NCBI GenBank assembly: GCA_029261035.1
Contig: JAJDCD010000008.1
Span: forward strand, 230,882 to 294,881
DNA from: Candidatus Omnitrophota bacterium
Lineage (GTDB): Bacteria > Omnitrophota > Omnitrophia > Omnitrophales > JACROU01
Reading direction: 5' to 3'
DNA: 64,000 bases
Both the position numbers and the translations under genes were made by a program. Positions 48,888 to 59,179 of the stretch are shown one piece after another (position 1 is the first letter of the stretch; every line of letters begins with the position of its first letter). The notes under the pieces are model-generated. The model saw only the letters and a program-made list of their open reading frames with translations, did not search any database and was not told the origin of the DNA.

Positions 48888-49568
48888 TTACGACTCCTTT
48901 TGTAAATTCCCACTTGTTAATCGATAGACATTAGGCTTCGATTTAACAAAGCTTTCTTCATGAGTCACAATACAGAATGTAACACCTTCTTCTTGGTTAA
49001 GCGACTCAATTAGATCATATACTATTTTAGCATTTGTTTCATCTAAATTACCCGTAGGTTCATCACACAACACAACTTGTGGAGAATGAACCAAAGCTCG
49101 AGCAATAGTTGTTCTTTGCTGCTCTCCCCCAGATAATTGAGAGGGAAGATGCTGAATACGCTCCTTTAAACCCACTCGTTCAATCCATTCGATTGCCTTT
49201 TCTTCTGCATTACTTTCGTTAGAAATCATCAAAGGAAGCATAACATTTTCCAACAAAGTCAGCTCCGGCAATAAATGATAAAACTGAAAAACAAAACCTA
49301 TATTTTTATTTCGAAAATGAGCTAACTGACTTTCATTCATACTCGACAAACTCTTGCCATCAAACAAAACATCCCCAGAAGTCGGCGTGTCTAAACCACC
49401 CAACAGATGAAGAAATGTTGACTTCCCCACACCCGAGTGTCCTAAAATATAATAAACCTCTCCTCGAGCAAGTCTAAAGTTAATTCCTTTAAAAACTTCA
49501 ACCGTAGTGGCTGAGCTCCCATCATAAACTTTATGCAGTTTGTTTGTCTCTAAAACTAGCTCACTCAT
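48888..49568 (-). CDS. lolD: Lipoprotein-releasing system ATP-binding protein LolD-like
   Basis: Walker A GHSGVGKST, signature LSGGEQQR, Walker B VVLCDEPT, H-loop; 226 aa. Confidence 0.85.
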   Translation of the reverse strand: MSELVLETNKLHKVYDGSSATTVEVFKGINFRLARGEVYYILGHSGVGKSTFLHLLGGLDTPTSGDVLFDGKSLSSMNESQLAHFRNKNIGFVFQFYHLLPELTLLENVMLPLMISNESNAEEKAIEWIERVGLKERIQHLPSQLSGGEQQRTTIARALVHSPQVVLCDEPTGNLDETNAKIVYDLIESLNQEEGVTFCIVTHEESFVKSKPNVYRLTSGNLQKES

Positions 49569-50928
49569 ATCTAAATGCTTCCACAGGGTTTAATTTAGCG
49601 GCCTTATGCGCTGGGTAAATGCCCGCAAGTAACGAAACAACTAAAGCCGAAACAATAATTAACGTAACATCAGAAAAATTAATTTCTGCAGGAATTTTAT
49701 TAAAATAGTAAATATCACTTGGAAACACTTCATAGCCCGTCAAACGTTCAACAACATCTGCCACTTTATTAATATTAAAGGCCACCAACAAACCTACAAT
49801 GCCTCCTGAAATAACTCCTACAACCCCGACACAAACCCCCTGAAACAAAAATATACTGCGTATTCCGGAAGTTGTTGCTCCTAAAGCACGAAGTAATCCG
49901 ATGTCTTTTGTTTTCTCCATCACAACCATAATCAATGTTGATATAATATTAAATGCGGCTACTAAAATAATAAGAAACAGCAATATCGACATTACTTTTT
50001 TCTCAACTTGTAAAGCAATGAAAAAATTTCGATTCAAATCCAACCAGCTTCTAATAATAAAAGCTCCTGGCAACTCTGAAATTAATTGTTTTTTAAACTC
50101 TTCGGCCTGGTCCACATCATTCATGCGTATGCCAATACCACTAACCGTACCTTTCATTTGAAACAAATCCTTAGCTTCTGGGATGCTTATTAAAACAATA
50201 CTCGAGTCCAAGTCACTCATCCCCAACTCAAAAATTCCCGTTATTTCAAATGGAAGAGACTTTGCTTGTGTCGGTAATAACTGACCTTCATTTTCAATAT
50301 GAGGAGATATTAAATAGACTTTAGACCCCACCCCCACGTTCAACGTATTTGCCAATTGCATTCCGATAACAGCGCCAGGAAGTTTCCCTCCTTTTGGACT
50401 ATCAGAATCTCCTTTAAACTTAAAAGAACCAATTCTCATAAAATCCAAAAAGCCTTTTAAGTCATCCCTCCTTTGATCTACCCCCTTCATAATGACGCCC
50501 GTAGCATTTACTTTAGAACGAATAATCCCTTGCCCTTGAATATAAGGAGCTGCGGTTTTTAAGTCTGGGTTTTTGATTTTACGAATTTGATCAACAATAG
50601 CATCAGGATCGCCCATACCACCTATCTGTTGAACGAGAATATGAGCATTAGCACCTACAATCTTTGCCTTAAGATCACGGTCAAAACCACTCATAACCGA
50701 AAGCACAACGATTAAAGCCATAACCCCCAAAGCTATTCCTAAAATAGAAATAAAAGAAAACACCGAAATAACCCCTGAGCTTCGGTGTTTTAAGAGATGT
50801 TTTGTTGCAATAAAACGAATATAAGCCAAAATGAATTCCTTTTTGGAATATTCTGAAATCAGAAGTCTGAAATCAGAAGCAAGATAAAAATCAATACTGT
50901 CATCCCCATACTCGCTTATTAACTCCAT
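49561..50928 (-). CDS. LolC/E-family lipoprotein-release permease (FtsX-like)
   Basis: MacB-like periplasmic domain between TM1 and the C-terminal FtsX 3-TM bundle; overlaps lolD by 8 bp; true start may be an internal TTG (about 25 codons downstream). Confidence 0.8.
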   Translation of the reverse strand: MELISEYGDDSIDFYLASDFRLLISEYSKKEFILAYIRFIATKHLLKHRSSGVISVFSFISILGIALGVMALIVVLSVMSGFDRDLKAKIVGANAHILVQQIGGMGDPDAIVDQIRKIKNPDLKTAAPYIQGQGIIRSKVNATGVIMKGVDQRRDDLKGFLDFMRIGSFKFKGDSDSPKGGKLPGAVIGMQLANTLNVGVGSKVYLISPHIENEGQLLPTQAKSLPFEITGIFELGMSDLDSSIVLISIPEAKDLFQMKGTVSGIGIRMNDVDQAEEFKKQLISELPGAFIIRSWLDLNRNFFIALQVEKKVMSILLFLIILVAAFNIISTLIMVVMEKTKDIGLLRALGATTSGIRSIFLFQGVCVGVVGVISGGIVGLLVAFNINKVADVVERLTGYEVFPSDIYYFNKIPAEINFSDVTLIIVSALVVSLLAGIYPAHKAAKLNPVEAFRYE

Positions 50929-50948
50929 GGCAAAGTATTGGGTAAATT

Positions 50949-51085
50949 GTCATTCCCGAAATTTTTTGTCGGGAATCCATAATGCTTAAAAACATTGCTC
51001 TTTCTTTTGATAAAACATGGATCCCCGACTAATACATTCGGGGATAACAAGCTTTCTTCTGGATTCCCGCCTACGCGAGGATGAC
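50949..51085. repeat. MITE-like palindromic element filling the lolC-lysS intergenic region
   Basis: Termini GTCATTCCCG... and ...CGCGAGGATGAC are inverted (GTCATYCYCG type); internal hairpins TTCCCGAAATTTTTTGTCGGGAA and ATCCCCGACTAATACATTCGGGGAT. Confidence 0.55.
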
Positions 51086-51088
51086 AAA

Positions 51089-52591
51089 CTATTTAACTTC
51101 AGGTTCTTCTTCTATAGAAAGCTGAGTTCCATCTCCAGGCTTCATTTGAGGAAATAAAATAACGTCACGAATAGAGCTTTGGTTTGCTAATAACATGACT
51201 AGTCGATCAATACCAATCCCCAAACCACCCGCAGGAGGCATTCCATACTCTAATGCCAGTAGAAAATCCTCGTCTAAATGCTTGTGTTCACCAATCATTT
51301 CTTTTTGTTTCTCAAGGCGAAGTCTTTGCTCTTCCGGATCATTCAATTCCGAGAATGCATTAGCCAGCTCCATGTTTGCGACAAACAATTCGAATCGATC
51401 TGCCATATCATCAGAACCTTCTTTTTGTTTTGCCAAAGGAGAAATTGCCAAAGGAAAATCGACAACAAAAGTTGGGTCCACTAACTCAGGTTCGACAAAC
51501 ACATCAAAAACTTCATTCAAAACATCCGAATCATCAAAAGGCTCTTCTATCTTCAACTTTAACTTCTCAGCATTTTTCTTATAATCTTTTTCTGTATGCC
51601 AATCGATACCTGTTTTTTCTTTAAGCAAATCATAAAATCCAATTCGTTTCCAAGGTCTTGCAAAATTCAATTCCTTTTCTCCGAATTTTATTTTATCTGT
51701 TCCGTAAATTTTACTAATTTGTTCAGAAATCATTTCCTCAGTAATTTCAATCATATCGGTAAGATCTGCATAACTCTGATAAAGTTCCAACATCGTAAAC
51801 TCAGGATTATGTTTAATGGAGATACCTTCATTTCTGAAATTCCGATTAATCTCGTAAACGCGTTCAAATCCCCCCACTAAAAGTCTCTTCAAATAAAGCT
51901 CCGGAGCCACTCTTAAATACAAATCTAAATGCAAAGCGTTATGGTGCGTTTGAAACGGTTCCGCTTTTGCCCCTCCAGGGATTTGCTGCATCATCGGTGT
52001 CTCAACTTCCATAAAAGATTTAGAATCCAAGAAAGATCGAAGGTCACGAATAATTTGGCTTCTCAACTGGAATGTCTTTCTAACATTTTCATTAGCAATC
52101 AAATCAACATAACGATGACGGTATCTAAACTCCACATCTTTAAGCCCATGCCACTTCTCTGGAAGAATTTGTCTAATTTTAGAAAGAATCTTAAAAGATT
52201 CTACCTTAACAGTTTTCTCCCCTTTTTTAGAGAGAAACAACGTTCCTTCAACGCCCAAAATATCTCCCAAATCTAAATGCTGAAACAAATCGTAAGCTTC
52301 TTCTCCTACAGCATCTAATTTTGCATAAATTTGAATTTTGGCATTCTGGTCTCTGATATCACCAAAACTACTTTTCCCATGACTTCTCTTAGCCATAAGC
52401 CTTCCAGCAATACGCACCTTCTTCTCTTCTTCAAAAGGCTCTAAGATACCTTCAACAGAATCAACAGGAAGAAAACGCTCCCCATATAAATTAGGATTCT
52501 TTTGCTTAATCAGCTTGATCTTTTCTTCTCTCTCTTTCAAAATCTCGTTTTGTACTTGCATGAGCCCACTCTCTTTAGGGTTAATTTCCAA
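51089..52591 (-). CDS. lysS: Lysyl-tRNA synthetase (class II)
   Basis: N-terminal OB-fold anticodon-binding region, class II motifs 1-3 (GGLGIGIDRLVMLL at motif 3); 500 aa. Confidence 0.95.
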   Translation of the reverse strand: MEINPKESGLMQVQNEILKEREEKIKLIKQKNPNLYGERFLPVDSVEGILEPFEEEKKVRIAGRLMAKRSHGKSSFGDIRDQNAKIQIYAKLDAVGEEAYDLFQHLDLGDILGVEGTLFLSKKGEKTVKVESFKILSKIRQILPEKWHGLKDVEFRYRHRYVDLIANENVRKTFQLRSQIIRDLRSFLDSKSFMEVETPMMQQIPGGAKAEPFQTHHNALHLDLYLRVAPELYLKRLLVGGFERVYEINRNFRNEGISIKHNPEFTMLELYQSYADLTDMIEITEEMISEQISKIYGTDKIKFGEKELNFARPWKRIGFYDLLKEKTGIDWHTEKDYKKNAEKLKLKIEEPFDDSDVLNEVFDVFVEPELVDPTFVVDFPLAISPLAKQKEGSDDMADRFELFVANMELANAFSELNDPEEQRLRLEKQKEMIGEHKHLDEDFLLALEYGMPPAGGLGIGIDRLVMLLANQSSIRDVILFPQMKPGDGTQLSIEEEPEVK

Positions 52592-52736
52592 ACTAATGAA
52601 TTATTATAAGGTGCTGAAGCACCCATAGCAAACTACCAATTATATAGGGGGCAAAAAGGGGTGTCAATGGGGACTGTAACTATTAGTATTTGAGATTACT
52701 CTGGATATCTATGTTCTAAACCTCGAAATGACCGAA

Positions 52737-53585
52737 TTATACTGGTTCTACACCATACAATTGCTTTACACCAGAAGTCATCATATTAAATCGTTCTCGC
52801 TCTGTATCAAATTGTTTATTCTCAAAAGTCATCTTTTTGAACACATTCTCTAGATGAATCATTCTATCCGCACTGACGGGCCTCGATTGGTAATAATCGA
52901 TCATGTAAGGTATCAGCATCTGATCTGCATAAATAATCTTATAAAGAACATCTACAAAACCTTGAGGATCATAGCCCGCTTTATTCATATATACTAAAGC
53001 TTTTTTATCAGCCAAAAGAACCAGGCTATCCACATTTTTCGAAGTCGTTAATTGGTTTAAAGTAGCCACCCCCACAAAAGCCAAAACACCGAAAGGCCCA
53101 AAAAAACCTCCGGCAACTCCCGTAACAACTTCCATCACTTCAAGGGACTTCTTTGCTCCAGAATATTTTGGATTTCGATATTGCAATTGAGCTACTTCAT
53201 GGGCTAATACACCAGCAAGCTCTGTTTCGTTGTCTAATATATTGATAAACCCCGTCGTAATGTAAACATGCCCTCCCGGTGCTCCTGTGGCATAAATCTT
53301 ATCACTCGCTAAAATAGTGCAATCATATGGAAGATTAGGACGAGAACTCACCTTAGAGATTTCCTCTGTAATATGATTCACATATTGATTCGCTCGTTCT
53401 TCAGTGAATAAAGAAAATGAAGAAAGGATTTGACGATGTATCTGCCGTCCAATCTCTATCTCTTTATAATCACTGTTGGATAACTTTTCATTATAGTTGT
53501 GATTAGAATCATTATGAGAAGTAGTACAGCTGGAAAGAAGAAACAGCACAAGAAAAGAAGAAGTTATTCGGTTAAATAATTGCAT
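52737..53585 (-). CDS. Lipoprotein with M48-peptidase-like fold but degenerate zinc motif
   Basis: Signal peptide with lipobox (LLSSC); M48-like region has HEVAQ where HExxH is expected. Confidence 0.5.
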   Translation of the reverse strand: MQLFNRITSSFLVLFLLSSCTTSHNDSNHNYNEKLSNSDYKEIEIGRQIHRQILSSFSLFTEERANQYVNHITEEISKVSSRPNLPYDCTILASDKIYATGAPGGHVYITTGFINILDNETELAGVLAHEVAQLQYRNPKYSGAKKSLEVMEVVTGVAGGFFGPFGVLAFVGVATLNQLTTSKNVDSLVLLADKKALVYMNKAGYDPQGFVDVLYKIIYADQMLIPYMIDYYQSRPVSADRMIHLENVFKKMTFENKQFDTERERFNMMTSGVKQLYGVEPV

Positions 53586-53681
53586 ACTTAATCCATCCCC
53601 TTTTTCTTATTATGAATTATTGGCACTAGAGCCTGGCCCCACACCACAGGGGTGTAGGGCTCATACCTTTTTACATCTGTA

Positions 53682-53758
<77 letters not shown>

Positions 53759-53773
53759 ACGAGTAAAGAGATC

Positions 53774-54757
53774 TTACACTTTCTGCTTCAAATTCTCAAT
53801 AGCAAGTGCAGCGGCACCTAAAGAACCTACACCTTTAGTAAATTGGGTTCGTACGACCTTACAGTTCTTTAAAGGTTCTTTCCACGCATGCTTCTTAGTG
53901 GATGCCAAAATTTCTTTCCAAATAAAATCAGCTGCTTTTTTAGGTGGTTGAAAAACACCTCCACCAAAAACGATCATTGCTGGATTAAGTAAATTAATGA
54001 GGCTTGCCACTCCAACCCCAAGAAACATCGCTTGTTCAGAAAAAATCTTCTTAGCATCTTTATTTCCTCGAACAAATGCCTGCTTCAATGTTTTAGAAGA
54101 AACACCCCCCTCTTTTTTTAACAACTTCGCCAATTGAGAGTTAGGATTTTCCTTTATAAATTTTTTTGCTTTTTTTGCAACGGCTGTCCCGCTCGCATAC
54201 GCCTCAAAACAACCTTTCTTACCACAGTGACACAAATTCCCTCCAGGAACCAAAATCATATGGCCTATCTCACCAGCTCCAAAAGAATGTCCTGCGTAGA
54301 TCTGTTCGTTCAAAATAATTCCACCACCGATGCCCGTACTCACCGTAATATAAATCAAACTTTTTACTTTTTTCCCAACACCAAAATGTTTTTCACATAA
54401 GGCCCCGACATTTGCATCATTTGCCAAATAAACCGGAACTTTAAATTTTTGTTTTAAAACTCGTACAATAGGAGTTCCTTTCCAACCGGGTAAATGAGGA
54501 GACCATGGCAGAACCCCTTTTTTTGAGTCAACAGGACCTGGCGATCCCACGCCTATTCCTTTTAAACTTTTCTTCTCTAATTTTTTATTTTTCAACAGCT
54601 CATCAATCGCTTCAGTCATTTTACTAAGAGAGGACAAAGATTCCTTTTTAGACAGCACTTCAAAATAAGCAGATGCCACAACTTTCCCTTGCATAGAAAC
54701 AAGATCAATCGCAACCTTCGTTCCTCCGATATCAATCCCTATCACATACTGCTTCAT
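53774..54757 (-). CDS. ROK-family sugar kinase (glucokinase-like)
   Basis: N-terminal IGIDIGGTK, ROK zinc motif CHCGKKGCFEAYASG; 327 aa. Confidence 0.8.
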   Translation of the reverse strand: MKQYVIGIDIGGTKVAIDLVSMQGKVVASAYFEVLSKKESLSSLSKMTEAIDELLKNKKLEKKSLKGIGVGSPGPVDSKKGVLPWSPHLPGWKGTPIVRVLKQKFKVPVYLANDANVGALCEKHFGVGKKVKSLIYITVSTGIGGGIILNEQIYAGHSFGAGEIGHMILVPGGNLCHCGKKGCFEAYASGTAVAKKAKKFIKENPNSQLAKLLKKEGGVSSKTLKQAFVRGNKDAKKIFSEQAMFLGVGVASLINLLNPAMIVFGGGVFQPPKKAADFIWKEILASTKKHAWKEPLKNCKVVRTQFTKGVGSLGAAALAIENLKQKV

Positions 54758-54854
54758 TAGAATCCCTCAAATTAAAAATAAAATTGATTATACAAAAAAA
54801 AACCCCAAACATCACTGTTTAGGGTACGTTTAAACTGAAATAAGATAATTAAGT

Positions 54855-54930
54855 TGGTGGGAAGGAACGGAATCGAACCGCCGACACAGGGATTTTCAGT
54901 CCCTTGCTCTACCGACTGAGCTACCTTCCC
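54855..54930 (-). tRNA. tRNA-Phe (anticodon GAA)
   Basis: Acceptor GGGAAGG/CCUUCCC, anticodon stem AGGGA/UCCCU with loop CUGAAAA, T loop UUCGAUU, discriminator A plus encoded CCA. Confidence 0.85.
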
Positions 54931-55169
54931 AACCAAAAATGTCCATCCTAATACAAAACAAGCCTTCATACTAAAGAAATTTTTAAATTTCACAGCGAAG
55001 GAGGGTACCGACGCTTTAGGCTACGATGGTAGGGATACCAAGTGCCGAATCAATGCCATGGATGGCATGTTTTATTTCGGCCCTTCCCAACCAAAAACAC
55101 AGCATTTTATGGATGAGTAGGTAGAAAGTCAATGGGAAACATATATTCTACGCTTTAGATTAATTTAAT

Positions 55170-56141
55170 TTACAATGTTTTCCAGTGATTCCATAGGATT
55201 TTAAGATATTGAGGTATCGTGGTCGTAGGCACTTCTTTGGGTAAAGGAATTTCGGTAACATCACGAAGATTAATTTGAGGATAGGCATGATGAAAGTAGT
55301 GAGACCTGGAGTCATTATGATTAATCATATTCCAAATACGATTACTCCAGTGAGTGTTGGGCAAGCTTCGGGTCTTCAAAATTCTATTTTTTAAATTATC
55401 TTTTGGATGCAAAACTCCTAAATGTTCTATCCACTGATCCTGACGTGTGACAACGGCTCCCACCCATATAGATAAAACATACACAAAAATTGCAGGCACT
55501 CCTGCTCCTGGATATAAAAATTCTACCGAATAACAAACAACAAGCAACATCACAATTCGAATCACAACGCTCATAAACTGTTTCCAAAAAGAAAATTGAG
55601 GCGACTTAATAAAACGTGCCATAAAGTTAATCTCCCACGCTGCATTTCCAAAAAATAGTTCGAATAAAAATTGAGCTTTCCTTTTAAAAGAATTTTTAGA
55701 ATAATCCTTACAAAAAAACTCCAAGTCTCCTTCTGTGTGCAAATGGCGGTGATGAGTCGTATGTGCAAAATTTATAATTTTAGGGTTTGAAAAAAGCATA
55801 TTAGACACCATATTAAAAAAGAATCGATTTGGAACTATGGGAATATAGTTATGCCATAACTCATGTCGTAAATATCCTAGCCATGAAACTATAAAAGGAG
55901 GAAAAACAATAATAGCAGCTAATGCTGCTGAAATAGAATGAGTCCAAAGAACAGATACAGATAATAAGTAAAAAAACCAAAGGAAAATGGCGAGAAAAAG
56001 ATCGGCAACGGAACTCAAAGAAGCGTTCCTAATAGAGTCCGCATGTAGCCGCACTTCTTTATCCATTTCAACATTCCCTGTTGAATTCAAATTGTAGGCA
56101 CTATCCATGAGGCCATGGGTTCCGAACATCCAGATCACCAC
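55170..56141 (-). CDS. Membrane fatty-acid desaturase family protein
   Basis: Three His boxes (HELWH; HTTHHRHLH; HNDSRSHYFHHAYP) in a polytopic membrane protein; 323 aa. Confidence 0.75.
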   Translation of the reverse strand: MVIWMFGTHGLMDSAYNLNSTGNVEMDKEVRLHADSIRNASLSSVADLFLAIFLWFFYLLSVSVLWTHSISAALAAIIVFPPFIVSWLGYLRHELWHNYIPIVPNRFFFNMVSNMLFSNPKIINFAHTTHHRHLHTEGDLEFFCKDYSKNSFKRKAQFLFELFFGNAAWEINFMARFIKSPQFSFWKQFMSVVIRIVMLLVVCYSVEFLYPGAGVPAIFVYVLSIWVGAVVTRQDQWIEHLGVLHPKDNLKNRILKTRSLPNTHWSNRIWNMINHNDSRSHYFHHAYPQINLRDVTEIPLPKEVPTTTIPQYLKILWNHWKTL

Positions 56142-56217
56142 CTCTCAACGAAAAAATACCTTCATTTAGAATTATACCTGATTTACAGAAATTGGAAGGG
56201 GCATAGGACTAGTTCGA

Positions 56218-57717
56218 TTAGGATTGTTGTTTAAAATGCTGGTATTTTAAAGGAATATTGAAGAATCTAATTTTTTCTGTTTTTGAAGACATTCCAAAAA
56301 AACGGATCAAAACTACCAGAAATAAAACAATCACCTCTGAAGCAAGTAAAAACCAAAAAGTAGAAAGGGTGTCCGCTTTTACCCCCTCCCAAACAAGTAA
56401 AAAGATAATACTAGGCCATAATATAAACATTAAAAAATAAGCCGCCTGATCAAGCCTCTGCTTGATACCAACATTTGCAGTCATATTTCTAAACGCCAAT
56501 TTTATACGAGAAATCCAACTAAAAAGAATAGCTTTCACACCCAAAATTCCTCTTAACAACAAGCTAGGCTCTAAATTTTTCTTTTCAGCAACATATTCAT
56601 AAAGAAGTTCTTTATTCCCTAATTCAAATAAATTGATTTTGGAATCTTCTTTTTTAACTGACTGAATAGCAATCGTCTTAGGAATCAAACTAATAACATG
56701 CTGATTTTGCATCCATTCATCCAATCGATAAACAGAGTCTCCCCTAAATAAGGTTTGTTGTAATCTGTTGGACTGAAAAAATGTCCAGAGAGGGTTACTC
56801 TTATCTGTTTTCACTAATCCATAAACGCATCCATTCTTATCTTTTTCTTTAAGCCATAAATAAGCTAAATGTGACAACGCATAATCATAAAGAATAGAGG
56901 TTTCGTGCATAAAGAGAACTAATGGATAACGAGCTAATTTTAGAAATAATTTTAAGAAATGTTCAGAATTTTCTTTTTGTGAATAAACAATCAAAATTCT
57001 TTTTTTTCCTTCAACTTCCAAAATCTCACAAGGTTCTTCCGTTTGAAGGTCTGAAAAATATAAAGGGGAACGATATCGTAACTTATATTCATCCAGGGCA
57101 ATCGCATCTAAATCTTTTTGATCCAAATCTCTAAAAACAATTAATTCCCACTCATGGTAATCTATACGATCCATTTCCTTAACCCTAGAAACTAAATCAA
57201 TTGTTTTTAGATCTAAAGAATTCAAATACAAAGATACTGGTGGCGCCAACGCACTTTCAGCTACTTTCTTCTTAGAAAACAATTCGTCCTCATCCCTCTT
57301 TTTCATTAACAAGAAAAATATTCGAATTAGAGAAACAGCACGCCACAAAATGCTCATCATCAACAATAGAATTATTCCCATAATAAAATTATGAATATGA
57401 GATGTTTTAAAAAAGTTGCCACGAACTTCACCCTCTCTCTTCAAAGGCCTGCCTCTTCCTGAATCACTTAAGCTGTTTACTTTTAAATCAGCCTTAGACG
57501 CAGGCGCACCTACAAGGTTTTCTGTTTCTTTCTTAAACTCTTCAAGGAAAACCTTTTCCTCTACGAGAGGACTTATAGTTTTTGTTGGAGTTTGTGCTGG
57601 TTGTGTCGAAGTTCTCACTCTTACAGAATTTTGAGAAGCACAAGAATAGAGTAGTAGCACTAAAAAAAGAGAAAGCCCTATGTTTAACATAATCTTAGAA
57701 AATGATTGTTTAATCAT
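56218..57717 (-). CDS. Hypothetical lipoprotein/membrane protein
   Basis: Signal peptide with lipobox-like LLYSC, internal TM segments near residues 120-140 and C-terminus; no recognisable catalytic motifs. Confidence 0.3.
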   Translation of the reverse strand: MIKQSFSKIMLNIGLSLFLVLLLYSCASQNSVRVRTSTQPAQTPTKTISPLVEEKVFLEEFKKETENLVGAPASKADLKVNSLSDSGRGRPLKREGEVRGNFFKTSHIHNFIMGIILLLMMSILWRAVSLIRIFFLLMKKRDEDELFSKKKVAESALAPPVSLYLNSLDLKTIDLVSRVKEMDRIDYHEWELIVFRDLDQKDLDAIALDEYKLRYRSPLYFSDLQTEEPCEILEVEGKKRILIVYSQKENSEHFLKLFLKLARYPLVLFMHETSILYDYALSHLAYLWLKEKDKNGCVYGLVKTDKSNPLWTFFQSNRLQQTLFRGDSVYRLDEWMQNQHVISLIPKTIAIQSVKKEDSKINLFELGNKELLYEYVAEKKNLEPSLLLRGILGVKAILFSWISRIKLAFRNMTANVGIKQRLDQAAYFLMFILWPSIIFLLVWEGVKADTLSTFWFLLASEVIVLFLVVLIRFFGMSSKTEKIRFFNIPLKYQHFKQQS

Positions 57718-58849
57718 GATGTGCCCGATCTAAATCTTCAAAAATTGGAAAAACTAAATGATGATTCTCATCCAATATTTCACGAACGGCTCTTTTCCCT
57801 TCCAAGCCAAGCTCCATCAAGGTTTCTAAAGCTCTATAACGCACCCAAGGATGTAAATGCGTTACCAACTCTTTTATCTCAGGAGTAAAACGCTTCAACT
57901 TAAGACTTCCTATCATTTGTAACACACGAGCCAGTTCCGGCCAAGAAGCTGTTTTGAATTTCGCTTCAATGGCATTTTCAATAAATTTTTTACATTGAAC
58001 TTCCACGCGAGACGAAGAAGTGTTTTTTTTAGGGGCCACCAACTTACCCCCGCTTTTCTCAGTGGAAGAAAGATCAATAATCGCTTTCATGGCTTTCATT
58101 CTTACTTCTAAAATAGGATCTTCAATTAAAGGTGTCACACAAAGTAAAAAGTCTTTTTGCTTAAGTTGTGACATTATTCCAAGCGCTAAGATCCTAATGT
58201 TCGATTCCGGGTTTTGAAGAGTTTCTTCTAAGGACAACACCCCCTCCTTCCCCAAACTCTGTAAATCGGGTTGTAGTTGAATTAAATCAAAAGCACCGTC
58301 TCCTCGAATGCTTTCAAGCACCAACTCAATACTAGTCTCATCTTTAAGTTGCAACAAAGCAAAAGCGCTCGCCCATCGCACTTTATCTGAAGAGTCTTTT
58401 AATAAAATTTTTAGCTGAGAAACTGCTTCAACATATTGAAAAGCAGCAAAAACAAGGCTTGCTCTGATACGTTTTTTATCATTATTTGATTTAAGATATT
58501 TAAAATTCTGTTCTGGATATCGTAGAGATTCCCACAAAAATTGAATTTTTTCTTTGATTGCTTTTGAATTTGAAAAATTAATTAGTCTTTCTAAAAGAAG
58601 ATCCTCAACACACCTTTTTAAATAACGACTTTTTTGTTTTAACCATGGAAGCGATTTTTTTCTAGCGTTTGAATGTAAAAAATTATCTAAATCGTAAGCG
58701 TACTTCTTTTCAACTTTTTGATGATACATATATTTAAGTTGCGCAAAAAGATAAGACGTAGACATGAAAAAAAACAGAGTAATAACCAGTGAAGAAATTA
58801 GCAAAAACAAGAGTTGAGCAAATCCTAGAACAAATGTATCCATAAGCAA
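57710..58849 (-). CDS. HEAT-repeat protein with N-terminal membrane anchor
   Basis: Repeated PBS-lyase/HEAT-like units (DKVRWASAFALLQL; DPILEVRMKAMKAI; HPWVRYRALETLMELG); N-terminal hydrophobic helix. Confidence 0.5.
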   Translation of the reverse strand: MLMDTFVLGFAQLLFLLISSLVITLFFFMSTSYLFAQLKYMYHQKVEKKYAYDLDNFLHSNARKKSLPWLKQKSRYLKRCVEDLLLERLINFSNSKAIKEKIQFLWESLRYPEQNFKYLKSNNDKKRIRASLVFAAFQYVEAVSQLKILLKDSSDKVRWASAFALLQLKDETSIELVLESIRGDGAFDLIQLQPDLQSLGKEGVLSLEETLQNPESNIRILALGIMSQLKQKDFLLCVTPLIEDPILEVRMKAMKAIIDLSSTEKSGGKLVAPKKNTSSSRVEVQCKKFIENAIEAKFKTASWPELARVLQMIGSLKLKRFTPEIKELVTHLHPWVRYRALETLMELGLEGKRAVREILDENHHLVFPIFEDLDRAHHD

Positions 58850-58850
58850 T

Positions 58851-59165
58851 CTAGTCCGACCCTCCTCCTAACAGCTCATAAGCTTGGGACTTGCCTGTCC
58901 ATTTTTTATAATCATCATAATCTATAAAAATAAGATCAGGTCTCTTATCTGCAATTCTTCCCGCCCATCGATAACGATCCTTGGACCTTGACGCAATATA
59001 CTTGAAAGGCACTCCACATTCAGGACAATTTTTATGTTTTTCGTAAGACAAACCTAATGCTTTACAAGAAGAACAATCACCTGATGAGTCTCCAACAATT
59101 AACAATGAAGATTTAATTTCATCTAGAGGCAACGACTTCCAAACACGAATGCTAAATTTTTTCAT
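58851..59165 (-). CDS. Hypothetical small protein with putative zinc ribbon
   Basis: 104 aa with CxxC (CSSC) and CPEC pairs; tightly packed between HEAT protein and channel gene. Confidence 0.3.
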   Translation of the reverse strand: MKKFSIRVWKSLPLDEIKSSLLIVGDSSGDCSSCKALGLSYEKHKNCPECGVPFKYIASRSKDRYRWAGRIADKRPDLIFIDYDDYKKWTGKSQAYELLGGGSD

Positions 59166-59179
59166 AAACCCTCCTTATT

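Noticed and set aside
47975-48913. K-rich 9-codon N-terminal extension of the aminotransferase ORF
   Set aside because: An in-frame GTG with a strong AAGGAG RBS at 48886 gives a start 1 nt after the lolD stop; the upstream part overlaps lolD and is probably not translated
51195-52276. Cluster of plus-strand ORFs antisense to lysS
   Set aside because: All lie within the lysyl-tRNA synthetase gene, which has complete class II motifs
54772-54993. 73-aa ORF overlapping tRNA-Phe
   Set aside because: Covers the tRNA gene on the same strand; tRNA cloverleaf is far better supported
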